The notes: a model not told the origin generated them from the sequence alone. 64,000 nt of DNA from Chrysomallon squamiferum (GCA_012295275.1 CM022671.1:23498001-23562000), one strand, 5' to 3'. Counted from the stretch's first letter, positions 49,650 through 63,422 are shown. Program-made: numbers and translations.

Positions 49650-51096
49650 GTGTCTGATGGAAGAAAAACATTCCATACAATATATATAAATTGTTGTTTT
49701 ATTTATTTATTTTTTTTTATAATTTGTTTTGTTTTACATTTTTATAAAGTATTTTAACACAGAATACTGAAACAGTGAAAATCTTAAGATGATTTGTTTT
49801 ATTTTTAATGTAAAACTGCTAAAATTTGTGAAATTGGTATCCATGCTCTCTTGAAAATAATACACATTTCATAAATTTAGATTCAGGGACAATGCTTCCA
49901 TCCTATTTTTTAAACCTGACCACTGATCTTCATTTTCATTTTTTAAAGTCAAAGTTACTAGAGTCATGGCACCTCTCATTTTCCTAAATACAGTACTGTC
50001 CCCTGCCTTGCCCAGATTAACAATCAGTGCTTCTAGGCCTTATACTGTTACTGAAGTTGTGAAGGACCAGTATTACTGTTTTTTATTACAAGTTTATTAT
50101 AACTGTTGAAATGAACATTTGTTTTATCTGAATCTTAACATTGCTTGGATCACTATTAGTTTAAATGTCCATTTCTAAAGTTTTTGAAAAAACTTTGAAA
50201 AAAAATTAAAATAATTAAAAGCAATTATATAACTGCAAAATATACTTTGAGTTTTCCATTTAAGTTTTAAATGTAATAAAGAAGGCATTAGAATGGACTT
50301 GAATCAGTTTTGTTGAATGAGAAGGCACATTTTCAAATCGCATCACCATACTTCAATTTTTTTTTTTTTTTTTTAAATAATCTGTGATACTGTTCAGACT
50401 TTATTTTAAATATATTTTATTCATTACCATTTAATGTATTATTAATGCAGTATTAAAAAAAAATATTAAAAAAAAATATGATTTTTTAATTTCTTGAAGA
50501 AACATTTCTCCATTTTAGAGTTATGTACATTATAAGAATATTATTTAATGTTATTAAAAGTAAATAAATAAGTGAATAAAATATTTTTGTTGTGTTCTTT
50601 ACATAACTGTGTAGAGATATATCATTTACTGAGTCTTACTGAAGCTAAATCAAGACAAAATGGCTAAGATATATACATACATATACCTTTTATATTAACC
50701 TTTCCATAGATAGAAATTGTGAGCATTACCTAGATCAGGAAATAGAATTTGTCATCATGGTCTTTTTACTGCAACAGTTTCTTGCCTAAAACAGCATAAA
50801 TTAATAAACAGCATGTTTTCATAAGAGAGATTCTTCCTTTTTGTCTTCTTTTTTTAGAAATCTAATGCAAATAATTTAAAATTGTGAAAATCAAAGGTTT
50901 GTTGAGAGGAAAATGTATTGATTCAGTATGAAAGTGACTGAATCTGTTATTAAAAACAAACATTTCTGGCATTAGCCATGCGAGGATTCACTTACTTTTG
51001 ATGTAGGTCATGATGAATTATTTAGGAATCAATATGATTTTGAATATCTGGATGGTTTCTGATTACAAACACATTCTTTATATAAAACAAGTTTTA

Positions 51097-54000
51097 TTAT
51101 ACTAGTGACCAACAAAGTTTCATTTTATTATCTTTAGTGTCAAACAGTCCTTTGGGTGTTTCAAAAGTAAGTGGAATATCTTTCTTTTTTCTTTTCACTG
51201 CTTTTTCCATCATCTGAAAAATGTAAAAATGTGGCTTGTTATAATGTATGAAGCAGATATTAATAATGAATCAAAACCAAAAATTACTGTCTTATAAATT
51301 GAATTTTAATTTTTTTTAAATTAAAATGTTTAATATGAATATTTTAGAATTTTTTAAAACAGATGTGATTTAGATAAAAAAACTTTTTTTTAACAATAGC
51401 AATAAACAATGACAGTAGTATTAATAATTTTTCACTACACTTAAATCACTTAATGTTTCACAATCACATTTTCAAGTGCATATCATATGATTTAAAAAAA
51501 ATATATATTTTTCAATATTGCTGACAATATTAAATCTTTAGACACATGCTCAATGTTTACATACTTCATCTTCATTGAGATCAAGAAGTTCTGAAAGATC
51601 AGTTTCCACTGCATTGAGAGGATGTTCAATTCTACTGGCCTGAGATACGATGTCTGGACAATAGTGAGACTGAAGTGTCTGAAATAATAATTAAACATCA
51701 CTTACACAATACACATGCTAGTAAGAATAAAAAACAATTTGAATTCTTCCACACAATTGTTTGGGAAAAATCCCAGTGACTAACATTTTGCTAGTAATAT
51801 TTTAACATAAAATTTTAAAAAAATTTCAGTCTTTAATGACTGATAAATTAAATGTGTTTCTAGTGTGAGATAAAATCCTACCTTTAATTCCCACAAACAG
51901 CTGTCAAGAGCATGACTTTTTCCAGGATCAGTTTCATCATAGTTGTATGGATCCGATGTAATATCTGTAACAAAACACAAGGAGCAGTTTCAGACAAATA
52001 ACCAAATTGTGTCAGTCAATCAGTCACCTACCTGACCTTTACAATTACAACATGCTCAGCCACAGATGTTTTGACATACTCTGTATTGCAATGACTATTT
52101 CCACGCAGAAACAAAAACATCACAAACTAAAAAAAATGTTTATAACTAGTAGATATTTAAAAGAAATAAAAAAAAAAACATTTTGCTTCACTTAATGGTG
52201 TATTGAAGATTGAAAGCGAAAAAATGTGTATTAAAAAAATTAATAATAATCTAGATTTTAATTATGTGAAGAATTATCTGAATTGTAATAACTATTTACC
52301 TGTGGGTCCATTGGGTCGGTTCAGCATAACTTTTAAGTTAGGATGACGAATCACCAAATTGAGAATAAATGGAATAGCAAGACGAACACCCGAAGCTGGA
52401 GCTGTCAGAGAAATTCTTGCCAGTTTTTTGGCAAATGATGCAACCATGTATGCTGGAAGATGTCTGAAAATATATTTTTTTATAACATATAATACTTTCT
52501 GCTGAATAAATGAAATACACTGTCATTATAATGTTGTCATATAAGGTGAATATGCATTATTCTGAATTATTCAAAATATCACAAAACTACTAAATAAAAG
52601 GAACACTTTCAAACCTATTAAGCATAAATATATTTTATTTAATGTCTGATAGAAAGAAAAAAAAAGAGAATTTATTTCCAGGGAAAATAGCTGTTCAGTG
52701 TAACAGTTTCAAAATGGTGGTATGCAAAAATATTTCACTTTAGTGTTTGACACTGTTTTATTTTTTTTTTTTTTTTTTTAACTTACGTGGATGAAAGAAA
52801 CAGGTTAGCCAAATAGAAAAATCTTGATCTGTATTTGACATGGAAAATTGATGGTTCAAATAGAGCATACAACTTCTCATAAAAGTCTGGATAATTTCTG
52901 AGAAGAAAAGTCATAAACGTTTTAAAATATTTGTCTCAAATTTTCAAACAGTAATGCATAATTTCTAACTTAGTTCAACAAATGACTATATTCTATTTTA
53001 AATTAAATTTTGTTTTACTTGAAATATTATTTTAAATGATTTTTATTTTTCAAATTATAACTGTATTAATCTGATTTGTGATGTTAATTCTCAGAGCTAG
53101 TTTAATAACCTTATTACATAACAAACCAAACTGACATAATAATGCAACGTAAATATCTGATATATTAAAAGAATTAACATAAAAACTCACAGGTTATATT
53201 TGTTCACTAGTAGGAATAAACCATTCAAAGCCAGCAGACTTATAGCACCACCTGTCAAAAACAATCACACTTTTTTTTTACATCAAGAGGAACAAATAAT
53301 ATAGTAATTTATAATATTTTACTACAGCCCCCTTTGTACATTACTACTTTAAAGTTTGAAAAATATGAAAATTATTTACAGAAAAAAAGAAATGATAAAT
53401 TGTTTTTCTATATTAATTTTGTTACTGAAAATTAAATATTTATGTCAGTTTAAAATGGCGGAGAGACTAATAAAGTCATGATTAATAACATTTCAATGCA
53501 TGGGTAAAAGAGAATTTCAAGCTAAGGTTCTTGTAATGTTGTCTAAAACTTTATGCTGGTTACTAACTCACCAACATTGTAGGAATCTGTGAGAAAATCG
53601 CTAAGTAACAGTGGAGAGGTCATGTATGGAATAACCTTGTCATGGAGAATCATCAAAACCTTTTTGTAGAGTCCAACAGTAAGCTGTGATGAAAGATTAT
53701 AAAGCCATGTTTAAAAATCCACAATAGCCAATCCTTTAAAAAATATTTATATTCACACCTTGGTCACATACAGTTTGTTAATGTTAATATGTTAGAGGAG
53801 ACAGAACATGCCAGCACAAGGAAATGTATAATGAAGATAGAGGGTTGAACAAAATTAATCCAGTTGTAAATTGATGTCAATAACAGTAAGAAGAATGTCA
53901 AAGCTTTAAACATCTATATTACAATTCTAAAAGATCTTACCTAAAAATGTGTGTGTATTAGATTCAGGTCTTTCAGAATTTAATGAAGTACAGCCACAGT

Positions 54001-55798
54001 AATTAGGTATGAATGATCAGATTTGTTTTTATTTGTTTTTTTGTTGCTCTTTTTTACATTGCAGGGACTAACCTTAAATCCCAAAAATGTGACCCAAATA
54101 CTTGTGAAAAGTTTTCTGTGTTCTTTCCAGTCTGTTATTTTTAACTGTTCTTTCTCCCCTGAAAAAAAACAAAATAAACCAGTTTAAATAAAAATATGCT
54201 TCTTCTGAATGCTCAGTAAATAGTAGGTTTTTAATATTTCTGTCACATCTGAATTGATGACCTGGAAAATTATACATGCAGGGCCATCTCAGAACATTAT
54301 TGGTTCCAAGGCAAAGTCTGCACTGGAGTCCCTACATACACAATTCATCAACACCCCATGCCTTAAGATGGTCCTGCATACATATTCCCATAATTATCAA
54401 AAACCATTAACTCATTATATTTTGTAAGTCAAATGCAATACAGCTATACTGATGTCTTGTGAAGTATTTGGCACATGTTCCAAAGAATTCTGATAATGAA
54501 TGGCTCAACTTAAACATTAATAAATATTTTAATAACCAAAATAATCAATATAAACTCAAGTATTTAACATAATCAATGAATGAATATTTAATGACACCTC
54601 AGCAAAAATGTTTACTGGCTGTGAAAAAAAAGAATCCATGTGCAAAAACAATATGTAACAGAATCTATTAAATTACCTGGCAAAGGTGACAAGAAATTTG
54701 TCAGTGATGAAGCATCCTGAGTGAAATTTAAATTTTCCAAAACAGCAAACACATTCGACAGATATACATCATTTATCTGTTAGAAACAAAACAAGAACAA
54801 TAAAATATATTTCATGTAACAAATGTTAAATGTTTTCTGTTTCAGACAGCTGCTTTTTAATTTATGAGGGTCAAATTATGAACACTGTAACAACAATCAA
54901 TTTTAAACATTTGGTCTGTTTAGTGAATTTTTATTTTACACTCTGGGACTGTTCTAGAATACCTCCTTGTTGTCACCACACAAGCTGTTAAGAAGCATAT
55001 ACTAAGATTTATGTTTATGTTTCAAAGGTTCACCTGACTAGCATCCTTCCTCTGTTTCATATTGTGGTGCATACAATGCATACAAAAGAATCTGACGTCA
55101 TCATATTCCATGTACTCTTGAAATCTCAGAATCAGTGAATGCTTGTTTTCATCATCAGGAATCAACATCATAAATACATTCTGTCAACAAATGAATAAAT
55201 AAATAATAAATTAGGTAAAATAATAAATGCCAACAGTTTCATTTGTAAGAAACATTTCTATATAATTTTTTAAATAAATATATATAAGCCAGGATTTTTT
55301 AAATATATATATTTTTTTTTATATATATATATATATATTTTTTTTTTTTCAAAAGTTTATTAATTTAATGAAATGATTATCTGATCTGTTAAAATATTAA
55401 ATGTTGACAAATATTTAATTCAGTCATATATATTTAACAGAGGAATATTTTGTGGCTGAAGTATAGTAAGCATTATTCATGCATTGTTTATTAATTATTA
55501 AACAAGTATAGTGATATTACATTTTGTAGTATAACCATAAACATAATTTTTAACAAATTGTGCCATTGTTCAGACAAATGCCATCTCAGAAAGTGATGCC
55601 TATCACTATTTACCACCGTCTCAGACAACCATTACAAAAAATATTCTAATAAAATATTACAAACCTTAAAGAGCTCTACAGGAAAATTAGAAGCATTTGC
55701 ATTTTGTGATTTCTGGATTGGATTCTGCGATTCCTCTCTGATAAATTTCATCAATGCTGTTAGGGCTAATTCCTGAAAATTTTATTTGAAAAAACATA

Positions 55799-55829
<31 letters not shown>

Positions 55830-58472
55830 GTCCCTTAAATTAAAAAAAAAAAAAGCTTGTATTAATGTTTAACAATTCTTTTAAAAATTTGTGTTCAATC
55901 ATTATTATTGTTTTTATTTTAAAAAGTAATTAATTAATTTATTTCTCTATGTAGTTTTGATTTCCAATTGTTTTTTTTTTTTTTTTTCAAATTTGACATA
56001 AAATATTCTGGAATTGATATGCTTGTAAATGCAGTAATCAGTTTTAATTTTTTATGCTAGATGTTATTAATTCATTGATACTAGAAAATTGCTGATACTT
56101 GTTGATTCCAAAAAACTAACTGACAAACCTGTACTTTGTAACTGGAATGATGAAGCAGTTCTACAAGGAGATCACAAGCTGCCTCATATTGTTGTCTGAG
56201 CCATAGTTTATACTGCTCAACTTTTCCTAACTCTAAATAATAATTATAATCATCATCATAAAATAACAGTAATAAACAAAAATAATAATCACATTTATAT
56301 CATTTTCTGACCTAACTTTACACTGATCATAAATGAGATCATGAGTTGACATATATTGTGAATTAATTTTAATACTACTCTTCCTTATTCTTATTTAAAA
56401 AAATAAATAAATAAATAAATAAATAAATAAACAAAATAATAACTATTTTGAAGAAAAAAAGGAGAGAAAATAACAGAGGACAAAATACATTTTTAAATAT
56501 TTACAGTAATTAGTGAAATATCAGTATGGAGTAGACCAGACTGGCATATAATTATGTATTGTTATTTGTGTACCTTTTTGGCCCTCTTCAGTGGGCTTAT
56601 TGCCTGGGTACATCTCAGACAAAGAGAGAAAATGAATAAAGACTTTCTGAAGTCCATGAATGCTGGCCAAGATAATGCTGTCTTGAGAAGACTGAAAAGT
56701 AAGTATTAATACAAAATTAAAAAATTAAATTTGTTAACGTGCACTTCCATAAAGAAAAGAATAATAATGATTTGTGGGTTTTTAAAAAAAAAAAATAATA
56801 ACCCAAGAAAAAAAAAGAAAAAAGAACATACCCATAAAAAAGAACCCCCCCAAATCACAGCTTTTCTATCCTTATGAACATCTAGAGTGAATTTAATTAT
56901 TCCTCCCTATTCCCTAACATTTTTTTATTTTGCAATTCTATAGCTTTCCATACAATTCAGTAAATTTACCCTTTCTTTACTGTATCATGCAGAAATACTT
57001 TTAGTTATTAATGACATTTCAGTAGTCATGCTATCTCTTAGATCAAGATCTAATTAAAAATGCTGTTATTATTTTCAGTGACAAAAAAATAAAATTTGGT
57101 CCTGTTTGGAATAAACTACATAAAGATAATAAATATTTTCTGCAACATACTTGATTATTTACCCTCAGTTTCAAAATATTTTTGATGAATGGATTACATC
57201 TGAACTAATGGCATGCACAGGTTTGGCAATGCCCAGGGCCAATTCCTTGAATTTATGCATAAAAGATACAAGTACAAAGTCTAGTATCAAGAAATGTGAG
57301 ACAGAAAGACATCTTAAATATGTAAACAATATACGAATTTTTTTTATTGTTCAAATTAAATATAAATCAAACATTCCTTCTGTTTGCTGGGCTATAGGGC
57401 AGCTCATTCAACAAAGTTATCTGAGGTAATTTAAAATTTCCAAAAAGAAACATATTTTTCTCATAGCCAAATTTCATATAAATATTTAGGGTAGCAAGGT
57501 ACTTAATTTTGGATACCAAAATATTTGGTGTTCTCAGTGAATGATGTGGCCATAAGCAATTACCACTGCTACTAATGTCTGAAAAGTTTGACTATTCATT
57601 TACTTTGTTTGATTTAGTAGTTATGTAGCATAATATTTCAGTTTTAGATCTTTTTTTTTTTTTTTTTTTTTTCTGATAAAGATGTTGATTATGAAGGCAA
57701 TTCTTAGAAAGGCAATTAATGTTAATTATTGTTTAAAATGTTAGCTAAATGCATTAAAATGTAAAGGCTCTAAAATTCACTTGATAGTTAGTTTTGGATA
57801 CTGGTTTAATTTTTATGGGGTTTTTGAGAATTACATAATTAAGACCTAATTACTGAGTTAGTGCAATTAATAAAAAAAATTGTATAGCTTTAGAACTCAT
57901 ATATTTATTATTATTATTATTATTATATTTTTTCTTTTTTAAATTTGTTTCTTTTTTCTTTTTGATGATTATATAGCCTAACTGTATAGGAAAACGATAT
58001 TTTGGAAAATTATGTCACACACTCGTGACACTGACACAGTGACATTCCTAGAATTTCCAGAAATTAAAATAATCTTCAAATTATCATTATGGTCGATCGA
58101 TTCAAATACTGGACATCATAAAGGATTGATCCTAGAATCCGTCATGACTGACGTAAAAACTCTAAAGATAACCACATAGATACGATATATTGCTGTATTA
58201 TCTGAAAACACCGGTTTCAACAAAAACAAGAACACGTGTTATCAACTTAATGTTATATGCCGAGGCCAGAAAAAGACATCTCGATATTTTTACAAAATCC
58301 TTGAAATAACGAAATAGAAAACATCTATTTTAATTTTTGTTTATACCTGAAGATGCGTAAGTAAGTCTACCAATCCATTTATATGTTTTCTGTTTTCAAT
58401 ACAAAGTTTAGATTTTTCTTTAATTTCAGAAACGATTTGTTTTGATCTCAGAGCACCTTGCTGGAAGTCCAT
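51097..58472 (-). CDS. NOC4L: Nucleolar complex protein 4 homolog (CBF/Mak21 domain), 516 aa
   Basis: Exons (-): 58472-58347, 56691-56574, 56232-56129, 55772-55665, 55180-55034, 54776-54677, 54158-54073, 53683-53572, 53251-53191, 52897-52787, 52463-52300, 51964-51882, 51678-51565, 51213-51097; 1551 nt in frame. Motifs EYDDVRF, LSDFLTDSYNVGGAISLLALNGLF, YPDFYEKLYAL, HVKYRSRFF, STHLPAYMVASFAKKLARISL and ALDSCLWELKTLQSHY. Confidence 0.96.
54279..54376. mobile_element. Short hAT-like MITE in NOC4L intron 6
   Basis: TIRs CAGGGCCATCT / (rc) CAGGACCATCT (10/11), flanked by a near-duplicate 8-mer TATACATG / CATACATA consistent with a decayed 8-bp target-site duplication. Confidence 0.55.
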
Positions 58473-58479
58473 GACTGAT

Positions 58480-58790
58480 TATGCAGAGATCAACCAATCA
58501 AATTCTACTTTGTAATTCACGGCGTGTATATTTTCTGCGCATGCGTAGTTAAATTCCAACGCCACCATAGTGGGAAGAGTGTTCGGTGTTGGTTTCTGAT
58601 GCTTGAAACGATTTTTAGTTGAAAAAATATACTTTAGTACCGTGCTGCACACAAAAAATGTTCAGCTAAAGTGTTGAGCTGGTTGGAAATGGGGTCAGTG
58701 ACCAAAGATGGTTGGTAAATACGCTGTATTTGCGTAAAAACCACCAGGTGAGGTATATTGCATTTTCTCATTCAACATGGCGCCCATTCA
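58480..58790. promoter_or_regulatory. Bidirectional CpG-rich promoter shared by NOC4L and the domino/EP400-like gene
   Basis: CCAAT box (AACCAATCA 58492-58500), NRF1-like TGCGCATGCG (58536-58545) and YY1-like CAACATGGCGCC (~58773-58784). A non-coding + strand first exon probably ends at the donor CAG|GTGAGG at 58747. Confidence 0.65.
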
Positions 58791-59594
58791 GGATCCATGC
58801 CCTGGTAATCGCAATAATGTGGCTATATTACAAAGAAAGGATTTAAAACTCAGGGGTCTTTTCCATAGGCGGTTAAGAAATACATGATTTGATATGTAAT
58901 TTTTCTCTTCAATTTAAAGTCTGAAATATTAATTTAAAAAATAAACACATAAATGTATTTAAAAAGAAAAAAAAATATTGGAAAATACAGATTACTTTAA
59001 ATGAAAATAATAATAAAACCACTTATCCATAATACTGTTTGTTATAATTTTCCCAGACAGTTAATAGGATTTCAGTTTAAAAAGAACAAAAACAATCGCA
59101 CACGTTTGCAGAAATCCTTGATTGCTGCAGGTATTTATCCTAAGAAATACCTTACTGAAGTTATTCTTCATAGTCAGTTTTTAAGAAATACTTTTTTTTC
59201 AGACTGAAAATTTCCTTTTATAGTTAGATTAAGATGATTAAAAGAAACAGCTGGATTTAATTTATGGTCATATATTTTTTGGTTGAATATTAGGTTCTGA
59301 ATGCTAGATTAAGTGTATTATGGTGACAGTTTTCATAAACCTGAAAAATTGCACAAAAACTGTGCTGGGTAACTTAATCATGGACAGAGAAGTTTTATTC
59401 ATCAAACTTAGAAAATTAAATTAGGTTCACGATCATTTATAGCCATATCTCTTAACTTTACTGCCCTAAAATTTTCACAGACATCATTGATTTACCATGG
59501 CAGATTTCCTTTATGTCCATTTAAATTATTACTCATGTTTAATGTTAAATATTTTAATTTATTAAGACATATTTTAATAACAGGAGAGGTGAGG

Positions 59595-62500
59595 ATGCAA
59601 AACACTGATCCAAATGAATCCTTGAAACAGCAAACATCAGAAAGCAGTGCTGGTGCTTCACCCTCGGTGACATCATCCTCCACAGCATTTCAACAGTTAA
59701 ATCTTGCACTTGGAGGACAAACGGCAGTGCCTGTTGGTATGTATTCCCAGTTTCACAACAACTTACAAAAAATTAAATAACTATTGGCTGCTTGTATTTA
59801 CTTCTATAATTTAGACATTGTTATTCTGACCTGTAAAATGGTATTAACAATATATATATATATATATTTTTTTTTAATTAATTTATTTTTAAAAAATTTT
59901 TAATTTCTGCAAATGTCACTTGCTCAAGTGAAATATGAACAAAACATTAATTTTTTGCATTGCTGTTGTAGCTGTTCAGCTATAGTCTTCATTTAAGGTT
60001 AATTTTATTATTTCATCAATAAATTAACATTTGTTGTGACTTACATAAATGTTAAAGGTATGCTTTAGGCATGAAGGACTACTATCCAACATCAGTCACC
60101 TTTTTTTTCTCTCTTGTCATGTGATCTTGAGGTATAACAGTTATGTAAAATTATCTGACATTCAAGGGAAGGGGCAGTTGGATCTTGCATATCAGTTGGT
60201 TTTTATACTGTGCTTGTTACATTTTTAAAAACAATTTATAAAGATGAAGGTCTTATTTTCAGGCCATGTCGAGGATGTTAATACAGGTATTGTTGCAGGA
60301 GGTACAACAGTGGCATATACGCTTCCTACACAGGCAGTTATAACCAGTCAGGTTCATAATCCAACATCAGTTGCAGCTCAAATCTCAGTTCGGAATGTTA
60401 TTTCAGGAACAAATATTTCTGCTGGCTCTGTCACAGCCTCCTTGACTGTGCAGCAGGCTGTATCTGCACTTCAAAGGCAGCTGAACTCTCAAGGTACATT
60501 TCTTAATTTTAATGTAATTTCTGAAATTTTATTGTTATTTACTTATGAAATATTTCTGTATGATCAATCATTTGAACAGCATAGTCCAACAGATAACTGA
60601 AATGCTCGATTAATGTTTTGCAGGATTAACCAACTTGACAAATGGTGCAGTGTCATCTCAGGCATCTATCTCGGCTAATCTGCAGCAGCCAGTTGTTGCT
60701 GTCGTGTCATCTCATTCAGATGGCCGTGGAATGCCACAGAATGTATATCTTGCTACAGCTAGCAGCATCAGCACCTCTCCATCTGGAGGGACCATCTACC
60801 ACCATGGTCAGTCCCCAGTGCGGGGCACCCCGCCCCAGTCCAACCTTCAGCAAAATATCACTGGTATGAATGTCAACCAGCAATCACAATTACAACAAAA
60901 GAGGCCGAGTATTGGTGCTCCTGTGACAAGTTCTGTCTCTCCAGTGACGTCACGCATTGTGCTGGATACTCGGCAAATACAGACTCATCCAATGGGTACC
61001 ACATCAACTACCAGAAGCATATCTGGTGGCCCACCAAAGAAAAAAATTAAACTTGAAGAAAAGCCACCAGCAACACCAGAAATTGCCCATCAAAGAAAAA
61101 TTCTTTTGGAGCACAAACGTAAAGAGATGCAGGAGATAAAAGAAAATTATGTTGAACATTTAACAGAACTATTTTTCTTACAAAGTGGTCTGAATTTGAT
61201 GGACTATATACCTTGGAAAAAAGGCCAACGCCACAGCTTGTTGCCTTCTTGAAGTCTGAGAACCTTGACAGTGATGATGAAGAGGAACATTTACAGGAAA
61301 AAAGAATAAACGATGAGGTATGACTAACAAAGTTCTTTTATTAAATACTTTGAAGGTTTTAAAAGTATTGTGACTTTACAAATTTTTGGTTAGACTGTAT
61401 AGAGATGAATTTAAAACAAAAATAACAGAAGATAAATAATATCCAAGCTAATTTTATAATTTAAACACGTTTATCAATGCACTGACATCTTTCTAGTTTT
61501 ATTATTATTATTTTTTTGCAGGTAAAAGTTTTGACAACATCTGGAAGTAATGTTCCTCTGGCAACACCAATTGCAATATCAACTACACTTCCACCATCTG
61601 TGTCGGCATTGAGCCAACAAGGTATTAAAATGCTCCCTGCCCCTTCTCTCAACACTAACAGTACCCCTAGTAGTTTGGACACCTACAACATTCAGGAATT
61701 CCTTCGCCAACTTGCGGCGTATACCAAGGGTATTTTGTTGGCACTTTACTTTTTGCCAGCCTTGCATGAATGGCTTATGGTCATTGTCTTGGTGTTAGAA
61801 AGAAAACTGCAAATTAAAAGCATTTATGTGTTGTGCTTTTAAAAGTAAGAACAACTGTCAAACCATGCCTAGTATAATCACTTTTAATTGCATACAAATT
61901 AATCTCGCTGATCAAATTATTTGTTTAGTACAAAGTGTAGCATGAATGTCATTTCCCTATGTTGCAGATGTTCAAACAACCAACTGTTTCATTAATAATT
62001 ATTATTATTTTAATATTATATCTTTTTTTTTTTTTTTTTTTTAAATATTTTTTTTATTATTTTAATAATTTAGGTTTACTAATGCAGATGTTAGAGAATA
62101 TTTTTAATGTAATAGTATTGTAGTCTATAGATGTGGGGGTTTTTTTTTTGTTCATTTCAGTAGATATTTAAATTTTCTTACCTTATTTTCGATATCAGTC
62201 TTTCCACAGACATAATTTAGAACAGTTAGAAAAAATAGTGTACAATTGTTAGCATTTGATCCTGTAAATGTAATAATTTTCAGTGTATTTTCTACATTTA
62301 ACTTTTTAATAAAAAATATCACTGACAGTGAATAAAATTTTTCTACCCAATTTCTTAAATTTAATAAATTGGTTTCAAGCTAATCTTTATATTTGATTTT
62401 AAGATGTTATTCAGGTGCTAATTGCATGGTTGTTTAAGCTTAAAGCCATTTTTAAAAATTATTTTCTGATCTTCCTATTTTGCCCAGTTTGAGTTTACAG

Positions 62501-63422
62501 TCAATTTATTTTATGTCACTTTTTGTGAATTCATCTTACACAATGAGCCAATAACAATAATTGTTGCTTCATCTTGCTGTCTGACCTTTGTTTAATAATA
62601 AGTTTTAAGCTTTTAGTTAGAAACTAATAAAACCAAAAGCAAAACTGCTTTTTTCTTTTTGTAAGAAAGAAAATAACACAAAATGCAATTATTTTTATGA
62701 ATATTCGATCATTACCTGAATTTTTATTAAAAAGACCACAACCATAATTTTAATTCACCTAATGAATCAGGCTTAAAACATTACTATGCCAACTGGTTGC
62801 TGCAATTTCTTATTTTGCAGGAATATGCTTTTGTTAGCTAAGCAGCTGTGAAGGGTTGGCTTTATCTGTTGTGATAGATTTTGTTTTTCAAAACTTGGAG
62901 AATTAATTTCTGTGATTCACATTTTATTTTATATTTTTATACCTTCTGTTTGGTTTATACAACTTTTTGTGGGAATCATTAATTTGCAAACATTGTTTAA
63001 TGTCCTTAGAGATATAAACTTTGCTTATCATGTGTGCATGAAAAATGATATTTCCACATTGTTCTCAATTACAAGATCAATTGGATTGATTTTATGATTT
63101 AATGAACCATACTTATATTAATTCATAGGCTTTTGAATTCACAAAAATGGCACAATTCAAAGTTTTAATACTATCATTTTAAAAATAAAATTAAGATACT
63201 CTCCTGAATAATTAGTTTAAACTTAAGCTTTCTTTATAATTTAAAGTTTGTGAAAACATCAAAATCTTTATTTTAAAAATGTATTCAAAGTATATGATAA
63301 AAACTTGTACCATACTGTTAAATACTGACTCAATGCTGTACCAGGTGTAGACAGCAAAGCGAACCAAGGAAGACCACCTTCTTCTCTAGCCTTGTCAGTG
63401 CCGGTCTCAACTGGTCATTTAG
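59595..63422 (+). CDS. EP400: 5' part of a domino/EP400/SRCAP-family SWR1-type chromatin remodeler (partial; continues beyond the window)
   Basis: Exons (+): 59595-59736 (ATG), 60263-60493, 60624-61317, 61522-61621 (alternative donor 61729), probable 63345-63422. Q/S/T-rich low-complexity N-terminus, then PPKKKIKLE...YVEHLTELFFLQSGLNLMDYIPWKK(RPTPQLVAFLK), which resembles the EP400_N/domino N-terminal block. One extra A is needed in the A6 run at 61217-61222 to keep the frame. HSA and ATPase domains are not in the window, so the family call rests on this block plus NOC4L adjacency. Confidence 0.75.

Noticed and set aside
54287-54352. Minus-strand TGATGA...CTGA resembling a C/D snoRNA in a NOC4L intron
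   Set aside because: It lies inside a TIR-bounded MITE with a probable target-site duplication, and I could not recognise an rRNA-complementary guide.
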